The notes under the pieces are model-generated. The model saw only the letters and a program-made list of their open reading frames with translations. It had not been told where the DNA came from and did not search any database. 64,000 nucleotides of DNA, taken from the human T2T-CHM13v2.0 reference genome, Homo sapiens. A program made the position numbers and the translations under genes. The stretch is from NCBI RefSeq assembly GCF_009914755.1, contig NC_060925.1; one strand, 5' to 3'. Shown piece by piece: positions 46,936-60,099 of the stretch. Numbering within the stretch: the stretch's first letter is position 1; every line of letters begins with the position of its first letter.

Positions 46936-49932
46936 CGTTGTCTTTACTTTTTAATATGCACAAAAGTGCACATTAAATGGAAGTGACTCTCATCTTTAAA
47001 AAGAAAATGGTACTATTTGAAAAATGTCTAACCATTGCTGTTAATCTTGAATCTGCTGCACTCCTAATATCACATATTTTGTCATCTTTCAATAATTGCT
47101 TGAAATAAACACTAAAATGAACTGGTGTGCGTGCTTTGAGTCTAATCTGTCTATTGCCAAAAGCAGTGGCCCAAAGGGATCAGTTTCCTTAGTTCTTTGT
47201 TGCCCGAAAACATAAAGATACAAGATAAAGCTGTGTTTCAATTAAATATCAAAGAAAATCACAGTCACTAGATTAGCGGAGACCACACAGAGTTCTTATG
47301 CAGAAACTTTTGAAGAGGGTGTCATGATAAATCCGCTAAAATATATTGACTTTGCCAGCCTTAGTCCACATGGAAGATCTTCCATTCCGCAACCAGACCG
47401 TTTCATGTAGAGATTAACCCAGTGATCCTGCACTTGAAAGAGAATGCTGTAGGACCTAATTTATATTCAAGCCTCACTGTTCTTTGGGGAAAGGCAGGGT
47501 AATCCATATAAATTGCCAAGTGATGAAACCACAAGCAGACATGGAAATGACAAAAACTGTCCCTGATTCAACTACTTTTGGAAATAAAACCAAATGGAAA
47601 TTGGTTAAAGTAAATATGCTGCTGTGAACTCATTAATAGTTTTGACTGAAGAGAATATAACATTCTCATGATAATATGAAAAGCTTTGGCTGTTAAATTA
47701 ATATATTTTGGCCATAGAATCTAACCGTAAGGCTGCCCAATATTGGGTGTTTGTAATTATGTTTATAGATTTACAAAAAATTATACATAGCAATATTTTT
47801 AAAATACCGAAATGAAGAAAAATTTCCCTTAATTAAACAATATGATACCAATACGTACTGTATCAACATAATATTATTGGGATGACATAGCGATACTCTT
47901 CTTTTACTGGTATGTAATGTAAGTATATAGTATATATTTAATGTATACAATACGTGTTTATGAAGTGGAATTCTGGTTGGCTGAGCGTTAAAATAATTAA
48001 TTGAAGCTATGGTCTTTCTTGTAAGCCAGTTTCTGTAAAAAGATGCCAAGCTGCCATCCTCACTATATATTTGTTTATTTTGTCTTAGAGATTTTTTAGA
48101 GATAAATAATGTAGGAATATTTTTTCCTTATGAAACTTATATTCTATTAAGGGAAGAAATTGGTTTGCCTCGTTTTCTTTCTACACAATTTTGGTACTTG
48201 TGGGGTATACAATTATATATGTATATAAATAAATAGATAATGTTCAGTTTCTATATGTTATTTCATCCAACAATATTTCAACAACACAGTTTTGGACTGT
48301 GTAGCATAAATCGCAGGGCCTCTTTTAAACTATTGTTTGTTATCTTTTTTTTGTCACATTTGCCTTTCTCAACCTGTATCATGGGGTTATTTCATCGTGC
48401 CTCAGCTACAGTGCTCTACTGCTCTTTGATAACTGCTATCTATGTCTTTGAGTCCATAAGTGTCTCTCACATTGAGGGTCAATTCAGCTGTCCTTGAAAA
48501 GCCACCATTTTACTCTTATTCTCCAACATTATTCATATTCACCTGTACTCAAAATGCCAGTCTTTGTCAATTAGCCTTTAAGTTGTAATTCCTCTCAGAC
48601 TGATGCTTAGACACCATGACAATTATCTGTCTTTTTAGCTCTCAGTAGTGTGGAACTAAGACATTAGTGTAGACAGACTAAGACAGTAGTGTGGAACTAA
48701 GACATCTTCAGATTGGAATCTTGTCCAATATAATTTGTTTATTCCAATATGTTTATTCTCTAAAAGCAAAATTAAAATCAGTAACTTTGCAAGATTAAGG
48801 TGATATTCCCAACCATAAAATTATAGAAACATTTTAAACTGTAAATTTATGAAATCATCTCAGATTTCGTGTGAATAATGCACAATCCTACTATGCCTAA
48901 AATAAAAACGATATAGAAATACCTTAAATTCCTCAAAATGAATATTAAATATCTTAAGCAGAATCATTGAAAGTATGAATGAAATTCCTAACTTCTCATA
49001 ATAAGGTTGAAAACAGAGAAAAATGCAGACAGTTTCATTTAGTTTGATTCACATGTAGTCCTGTATATGTATATGTATTACATCACACTAATTAAAACAA
49101 AATAATGAATAAAATATATAGACATAATACAATGATACATACTGATTTATACGAAGCCTAATTGTTAAGTCTAAGTTGTTGTTTATAATAAGAATGTGAG
49201 TAGCCTAAATCCTCATTATTCCCTGATGTTATCTCTAAATGGAAGGGAAAGACTAACTAAATGCCTTACTTATATTTTATGTATTTCTGCCTTCCCCATC
49301 ACATTTAAAATTCTGCCAAGAAAACATGATAGATTTAGTTAAAGTTCTGTGCACTGAACTTAGTATGATGTCTGAGTTCATACAAGGAGCTCAATAGCCA
49401 TTCAGTGAATGAATGATAAAATGAATAAATTTGCTTATGCTAGTATAAATGACAAGTATTTATATGAAACATAAAAAAATAAGAGTTCATGCTGTTATAG
49501 TAAAAGTTTTATTGACAATTCACTGTACAATTGTTTTCTGTAAAAACTCAGGATTCAAGATGTTTAGGATAGAAGTAGTCATTCCAAAATCTCACAGAGA
49601 TATCTTACCTAAAGTCATGACACATAAAAAGGAAATACCTCCTGATGCTGTTTGTGTGTAAAGTAACTAAGCTGGCACTTTGACACAGATGCAGGGCGTT
49701 GGCATAAAAGAGGGTGTTTGTGTAGATGTGTCAATCAGTTTGTGGGGGTTTTCAGGAAGACAAAAAAAAGATAATACGTTAGCCTGTTTACTCAATCCTT
49801 GATATGATATAATTAATCAAGCTTGACTTTTATTGCTTTATTGCAGGAGCTTATTCTTTGGCCAAAAAATAAAGGAATGGCTAATAAAACTCTAGAATCT
49901 AGATTTTTAGATACATATACCTAATCGTTTGG

Positions 49933-50780
49933 CAAATGGGCGAGGGATATGAACAGACACTTCTCAAAAGAAGACACTTATGCAGCCAAAAGACACATGA
50001 AAAAATGCTCATCATCACTGGCCATCAGAGAAATGAAAATCAAAACCACAGTGAGATACCATCTCACACCAGTTAGAATGGCGATCATTAAAAAGTCAGG
50101 AAACGACAGGTGCTGGAGAGGTTGTGGAGAAATAGGAACACTTTTACACTGTTGGTGGGACTGTAAACTAGTTGGACCATTGTGGAAGTCAGTGTGGCGA
50201 TTCCTCAGGGATCTAGAACTAGAAATACCATTTGACCCAGCAATCCCATTACTGGATATATAACCAAAGGATTATATATCATGCTGCTGTAAAGACACAT
50301 GCACACATATGTTTACTGTGGCACTATTCACAATAGCAAAGACTTGGAACCCACCCAAATGTCCAACAATGATAGACGGGATTAAGAAAATGTGGCACAT
50401 ACACACCATGGAATACTATGTGGTCATAAAAAATGATGAGTTCATGTCCTTTGTAGGGACATGGATGAAGCTGGAAACCATCATTCTCAGCAAACTATCG
50501 CAAGGATAGAAAACCAAACACTGCATGTTCTCACTCACAGGTGGGAATTGAACAATGAGAACACATGGACACAGGAAGGGGAACATCAGACACTGGGGCC
50601 TGTTGTGGGGTGGGGGGAGGGGGGAGAGATAGCATTTGGAGATATACCTAATGTTAAATGACGAGATGCTGGGTGCAGCACACCAACATGGCATATATAT
50701 ACATATGTAACTAACCTGCACATTGTGCACATGTACTCTAAAACTTAAAGTATAATAAAAAAATAAAATAAAATAATAAT
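49933..50780 (+). mobile_element. 5'-truncated L1PA4-like 3' end
   Basis: ORF2 C-terminal peptides ([28 protein letters not shown]), 3' UTR, AATAAA at ~50754 and an A-rich tail. Confidence 0.93.
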
Positions 50781-53140
50781 ACAACCACAAAAAAAGACAA
50801 GGATTTTCACTAATTGTGTATGTATTTGAAAAAACAAATAATTATAATAATATACTTTCTAAGTCATCAGGAAACTAACAGTGACTAAAGCCACTTTTCC
50901 TTTTCTTGTATTAGCTACGGATTAAGTCCCATAGATTGAAAGGGAGATAAATAACATTATCAATAAAATGATGGGATAAATGTATATTTTCGTAAGCTGG
51001 ATTCAATTTAATATTGAACTATGACTAAAGAAGACTTTCAAGTTTTCCAGATAGTGATTCTTACCTCATCATTACAAAAAACGAAACCACATTTGTGTAG
51101 GAAATCATTATTTGACACTAATTTGTTAAATATTTTTGAGTTATTCATTTGTGCACACAAGTGCTAGAAGATACCCTAGAAAAAGCGAATCTTTATTGAG
51201 AATTTAACCCAATTTTGAAATTTCTGGCTAGGACAACAAGAGCAAGCATATATCCAGGAATTTCAATGCACAATAATGTGCCATTTGACATTCAGGAATT
51301 TATTGAACTCGTAAAGCTGGAAGTCATTTTCATGACTGGTTTAGTAATTTTCTTTGAACTACATGACTATGACTATTTTTTAAAGCACTTACAAAACCCA
51401 AGGAGCAAAATAAGAGAAAATTACCTGAAAATTGGAAAAGACTTTATTGCCAAGTAAGTTATAAACTAAATAGTATAATTTTTTTGAACTCTAGTTCTTT
51501 GAAATAAGACTTCTACAACCCATTCCAGATGTCTATATTTTCATTAGACTGGCACATAGCATTAACTCTACTTCAAGAGGTAAAACCTTGATAAATGCAT
51601 GGAATGACAGCATATATTTGTTATAAGAGCAAATAGTGTACCACTAATTCATGTAATGATCATATACACATATATTCCTAGTGGTCAGAGATAACACTAG
51701 GAAAAAAACATATATTTTAAAAGCATTTTATGAATAGTATAGAGATAACTTATTATTATTTTTTCTAGCAATGTCTTTGAAAACTATGACAGATAAGAAA
51801 CTTGAGTGGGTTTGGTGACAATTATGTAGCATAAATACAAAATACATAGTTTAAATACATAAATTTGATGTTAAAGTCAAAGTTGCAATGAATCAATAAC
51901 ATTATGCTGCTAACTCTTGCTGAAACTTAGAATAGATTTTAAAATACTGACTTAAGGCTTTCATTGGAATTTCCCAACTGAATGATGACAAATAACATAC
52001 TTCTTCCATTTAATGAAATTTTATTGAATTATAAAATCCTTTCTTCTGGAAAGCAATGATTATGGAGTAATAAGTCAATTATATATTGAGTAAAAATTAA
52101 ATGTGCCTTGCATATGTATTGGTTTATATGCCATTTCATTCATGACTTTTGATACATGATTATATTTTATAGAGAATATTAAATGCTTTTCTAAGTTATT
52201 TTTATATTACCTGATTATTTCAAATAAAACAATTATTTTAAATGAAAATCACATGGTTGTTTAATAATTGCTAAGAAAAAATATTTAAAATATTTGAATA
52301 TAACCTTTCATTTTGTCAAAACAATTGCATTTGTTCTCATTATGAAATGCATAAATCACATTAATGTCTTTATTAATCTATGTAACAAGAATACTTCAAT
52401 ATGTTTGTTGTTTCTATAAATGCATGTTAATATGCATCATAAACCTCACATGTGTTTATAATTGTCATTCATTTTATGTAAATTGAGTATTATTTTGAGA
52501 AGGAATTGTGATTTACCAAGTATACACATGAATATTGTCAGTCATTTAATGTGACCAAATAAGTTCATTTTGGCCATTCTGTGTTGAGGTTCTAAGATTT
52601 CTGCCCTTGGCTTCTCCTCCTCTACCCCTACATATCCTACTTGGGAAATACTCTTACTCACATATAGATTCCCAATTCTTTATTTTCAACCAAGTCTTTC
52701 TTTACATACTTCAGATACATGTATCCTAACAGTATTGAAAATAACGAAAATATCCTCAATATTTTACACTTTAAATTTCTCAAACAGCTTATAATTCACT
52801 TTTCCACATTTCCACCAGCATCCACTTATGGTCATTTTGAGAAGTACTCTCTAGAGATGACTGTGGTTATTTGCCAAATATTGCCAATTCTTTGCTCTTT
52901 TAGCCAAATGTTAGACTTACATCTTCTGGATCTCTTATGGATTATTGTAACTACGTGACTATTTATGAGGCTGTTACTGATGTGAAAGTTCCTTCCAGAT
53001 TTAGCATTTAATTTGTTAAGTTGTTTTAGAATTTACTTTGTTTATATTTTGCCATCCCAACTGTCAGTATTTAAGACTATGCTTACTCCACCACCCTGAA
53101 AAATTTTTCTCTTTATCTTTGATTAGTTGAGATATTTGCG

Positions 53141-54925
<1,785 letters not shown>

Positions 54926-55219
54926 TGGAAGTGTGCTACTTTGGTAAATTTTCCATTCCAAGGGGGATCAACTCCTGAAAGTCCCAAGAAGACTATGAAA
55001 ATTAAAGCCTCATGTGGCATTGCATGTCATAAAGAAAATGAACTAGGATAACAGGATTCCTCGTGTTTTGTTCACAGATATGGTCTTGTGGCCTATTATG
55101 TCCAACTTGACAAATGACTTTTCTGGTATTACTAGGAAAGACAGTTTTAGGAAAGTCTAGGACTTACAGACTGGGGTAATCCAGATTGTGATAGAATAAT
55201 CAGTCATATCCTAGACTAG

Positions 55220-57494
55220 TCATTGTGATTTGGGCTCTGTGTCCCCACCCAAATCTCACCTTAAGTTGTAATAATTCCCATGTGTCAAGGGTGGGACTAG
55301 GTGGAGATAATTGAATCATAGCGACAGTTTCCCACATGCTGTTCTCATGATAGTGAGTAAGTTCTCACAAGATCTGATGATTTTATAAGGGAACTCCTCC
55401 ATCACTTGGCACTTCTCTTTCCTGCCTCCATGTGAAGAAGGATGTGTTTGCTTTCCCTTCCACCATTATTGTAAATTTCATGAAGCCTCCCCAGCAATGT
55501 GGAACTGTGAGTCCATTAAAATTCTTTCCCTTTAAATTACCCAGTCTCGGGTATTTCTGCATAGCAGCACGAGATCAGACTAATACAGTAAATTGGAACT
55601 AAAAGGGTGATGTGCTTCTATAAAGATACCTGAAAATGTGGCAGTGACTTTGGAACTGGGTAACAGGTAAAGGATGGAACAGATTGGGGGCTCAGAAGAA
55701 AACAGGAAGATGTGGGAAAGTTTGGAACTTCCTAGAGGCTTGTTGAATGGCTTTGACCAAAATGCTGATAGTGACATGGACAATGAAGTCCAGGCTGATG
55801 TGGTCTCAGATACAGATGAAAAACTTATTGAGAACTAGAGCAAAGGTGACTCTTGCTATGCATTAGCAGGGAGACTGGCAGCAGTTCACCCCTGCCATGG
55901 AGGTCTGTGGGACTTTGAACTTGAGAGAGATGATTTAGGGTATCTGGCAGAAGAAATTTCTAAGTACCAAAGAATTGAAGAGAAAGCAGAACATAAAAGT
56001 TTGGAAATTTTGCACCTGAGGATGCAATGGAAAAGAAAACCTCAGTTTCTGGGGATAAATTAAAGCCTGATGAAGAAATTTGCATAACGAAAGAGGAGCT
56101 AAACGTTAATCACCAAATCAATGGGGAAAATGACTCCAGGGCATATCACAGACCTTCATAGCAGCCCCTTCCAACATAAGCCCAGAAGCCTTGGAGGGAA
56201 AAATGATTTCCTGGGCCAGGACCAGGGCCCCCCTGCTCTGTGTAGCAGCTGGATATACTGCCCTGCATCTCAGCTGCTTCAGCTCTAGCTGTGGCTAAAA
56301 GGTGCCAAGATACAGCTTGGGCCATTGCCTCAGAGAGTGCAAGCCCCAAGCCTTGGTGACTGGCGACTTCCACATGGTGTTGAGCCTGTGGGCACACAGA
56401 AGACAAGAATTGAGGTTTGGGAACCTCTGCCTAAATTTCAGAAGATGTATGTAAACACCTGGATGTACGGGCAGAATTTTGCTGCCGTCATGGAGCCCTT
56501 GTGGAGAACCTCTGCTAGTGCAGTGCAGAAGGAATATGTGGGGATGGAGCCCCTACAGATTCCCCACACTGGGGCACTGCTTGGTGGAGCTGTGAGAAGA
56601 GGGTGACCATCCTCCAGACCCTGGCATTGTAGATCCACCTACAGCTTGAACTGTGTGCCTGGAAAATTCACAGACACTCAATGCCAGCCTGTGAAAGCAG
56701 AGGGAATGGGAGCTGTACCCTGTGAAGTCACAGGTGTGGAGCTGCCCAAGGCCATGGAAGCCCACCTCTTGCATGAACAATGGAGTCAAAAGAGATCATT
56801 TTGGAACTTCAAGGTTTAATGACTGCGTATTGGATATTGAACTTGCATGGGGACTGTATCCCTTTTGTTTTGACCAATTTCTCCCATTTGGAATGGGTGT
56901 ATTTACCAATTGCCTGTAACCCAGTTGTATCTAGGAAGTGACTAACTTGCTTTTGATTTTACAGGTTGACAGATGAAAAGGACTTGCCTTCTCTCAGATG
57001 AGACTTTGAACTTGAACTTTTAAGTTAATGCTGGAATGATTTAAGAATTCAAGGGACTGTGGGAAGGGCATGATTGTGTTTTGAAATGTGACAACATGAG
57101 ACTTGAAAGGGGCCAGGGGTGAAATGATATGGTTTGTCTGTGTGCCCACCCAAATCTCACTTTGAATTGTAATAATCCCAACATGTCAAGGGCAGGACCA
57201 GGTGGGGATAATTGAATCGTATGGACAGTTTCCCCCATGATGTTCTCATGATAGTGAATGAGTTCTCACAAGATCAGATCATTTTATAAGGGACGTCCCC
57301 CTTTGCTTGGCACTTCCTTCTATTGAAGCCATGTGAAGAAGGATGTGTTTGCTTCCCCTTCCCTTCCACCATGATTGTAAGTTTCCTGAGACCACCCCAG
57401 CCATTTGGAACTGTGAGTCAATTAAACCTCTTTCCTTTATAAGTTACTGAGTCTCAGGTATTTCTTCATAGCAGTGTGAGAACAGACTAATACA
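55220..57494 (+). mobile_element. Complete THE1D-type MaLR element (LTR ~55220-55587, internal 55588-57124, LTR 57125-57494)
   Basis: Two LTRs with THE1D-like 'caaggg.gggac.aggtgg.gataattgaatc' and 'gaagaaggatgtgtttgct'. PPT 'aggggccaggggtgaaa'. Confidence 0.93.
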
Positions 57495-60018
57495 GCAGCC
57501 TAAGATCAGAGGCCTTCCATATCACAGGAGGAGGAATTATTTTTTTCTTCCTAAATATAATGTAAATTACAGAATATAATTATAGAACTGGCATGGGCCT
57601 GAGATAAGATTAACCATTTATCTAAAATTTATCAGTAAGACTAAGTAGCCTAATTTTTAATATATTTTTATAAGAAAATAAATTTAAATGACTATAAAAG
57701 TGTTCCAAAGCTACAGGCATATATATCTACTAGAAAAGTGTCCTACTTCCCTGGTATAAACTTATGGAATTCTAGATTTAAAAAAAAATCTTTGGGAGTA
57801 GACTAGGAGGAAATCATAGAAGTTTGACCAAATTAAATAGCATTCTCACTCTTGGCAGCATGGTTTTTTGTTGTAGCAAAATAAGATAGAGTCTGATGGA
57901 TAAGGTAGCATTTTGCAGTTTCATCCTTTACTCTGGTTAAGGAATAAAATGACAAGAAAGTTTCAATAGCATTGTAACAGGAAAGATAGGATCCTAGATT
58001 ATTTTGAAAACTTTGAGAGAGCAAAAAGTCAGACAGCCTTTTCTCACATTTTTGCTTGAGGAAACATCATATCTTATTAGGCCACTGTCCATAATGTGGA
58101 ACCAGTTTTGGCTAATGATCCTCACTACCATCGTGGCCATTATTACTTTACCAATGCTGATAAAGAAAATGAACAGCATGTTCTCTTAACCTGAATATAT
58201 TTTAGCCTCTTTTCATTAGTAGTTTGTATAAGCTCCTACATGATTTAAATAGCATCAACAGTATGATTCTGTGCATTCATTTGCCATGAATTTGACATGT
58301 TTTAAAAATATTGTAGATTTGAGATCAATTTGCAGGACACTAGAATAAAACTCTTAGCTAACCTGATATTCTTCTACACAAACAGATCATATTTTTCCAA
58401 GTTGGGGAACTATGGAAGGGTTGAGACGTTTTTCTGTGTAGTGTCTGGTGGACGGCTCAGATGATGGCAGTTAATGAAGAGGTGTTTCCTGCAAGAAAGG
58501 TACTAACTTCTCTACAGTGCCAAGTTTCAGTGTGCTATGTTTTCTTAAATAAATAAATGAATAGAAACATCTTTCCAATTTATAGAATGGTAAAATTCAA
58601 AACAGAAATTATAAAGGCACACTCTTTGTGGGTATTCAGAATTGATAGTCATTCAGGTGGTGGACACAGAGTCCTGGCAAAAGAAAATAATTTAAAACTC
58701 TAAAGACCAAATGGTGCACATGTGAAACAAGCTTAAACAACAAAATGAAAAGTAAAAACATTCACTAGCAAAACAGTCTCAAGATTCAAGATTCCTTTTT
58801 AGAGAAACAGAATGTTTGGTTTAGCCTTGAAATTATTTGTCTTTTAACAAGAAGATGAAATATAACCTTTGATTTCCAAATCTCCCAACTATCTAGACTG
58901 AAAGTTAATTTGTTGCACTATCTGAGCAAATTTCTCTGAAATGTATTCCACTTCATAAAATAACATTGTTAGAATTCTTAAAGTTAAAAATAGACATGCA
59001 CAGTGTTTACAGATTATATATCATGTGTATTTATTATACAGCTGTACACATCAGAGACACTAATAAAATGCTAACTGATAATCATTTGGGATACCCAATT
59101 TTTATACCTAATTTCTACAGGAAATTAATTCTTTACAAATATGTGATGAATTTAATATACAGGATAAAAATACCTCGCTTTTTGTAGGCAAAGATTATGT
59201 TTCAGTATAATGAAATATACTGAATATACTGAAATTATACATACATATATCGGGCTGATAGAGTTTGAAGCATGTTGAATTTAAATATACTGAATATTCT
59301 GAATAAATATTTATATGTATTTACATGTATATATCAGTATACTAAGTATATTTATATGTTTATATTATAAATATTCAGTTATATATATATACATAAATCA
59401 GGTTAATACAAAGTATATTGAATTGAAATATGCTGATTGAAATATACTGAATATACTGAAACATATAAATTAATGTGTTTTTGTGTGTGCGCGTGTGTGT
59501 GTGGCTAATGAAGTTCATATCTGTTCAGGGCAGAAGCCTGTCAAATATAGATACTAGGCTCTTTCCATCTGAATCAAAATTTGCTAGAATGTTCATTCAG
59601 TAATTCAGTAACACTCTCATCTTTATAAATCAACTCTATTTTAATTTCATTTTGAGGTATTCTCAGAATAAATAGTATAACGTATTTTTAAATATACTAT
59701 TTATATATTAGGGAGATCAGAATATATATTGGGAAGTCTGAGAATGGACTTTTTGACAAAGTAATGTGGAGTGTACCAGAAAAAGTCTATCATACGTCAT
59801 GCACTTATGGTGAAATGGACATTGAAAGATACACCCGAAGAATAGTTAGTGAATGGAGAGCAGCCCAAGATGAGTCTAGAGATAGGGAGGCAGCAGGTCA
59901 TATAGAATATTGACAAAAACAAAACAAGCACACACACATAATTACTTATATGAATAAATATAATGCAAATAAGCATATGCATGCATGTATATTAATTATA
60001 GGTAAAACCCTACACTTC

Positions 60019-60055
60019 TTCCAATGTTGACATTAGTTAAATGTCAACATTGGAA
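60019..60055. repeat. Perfect 16-bp inverted repeat with a 5-nt loop
   Basis: ttccaatgttgacatt-agtta-aatgtcaacattggaa. Confidence 0.95.
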
Positions 60056-60099
60056 AAAAAAAAAGGTCTGTTTTTAGAAATAAAATAAATCATGACCAT

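Noticed and set aside
48643-48705. Repeat-spacer-repeat resembling a mini-CRISPR
   Set aside because: Only two copies, and the spacer is derived from the repeat itself.
60019-60064. Rho-independent terminator or pre-miRNA
   Set aside because: Eukaryotic context, an A-run rather than a U-run follows the stem on the + strand, and the 37-nt hairpin is too short for a Drosha substrate.
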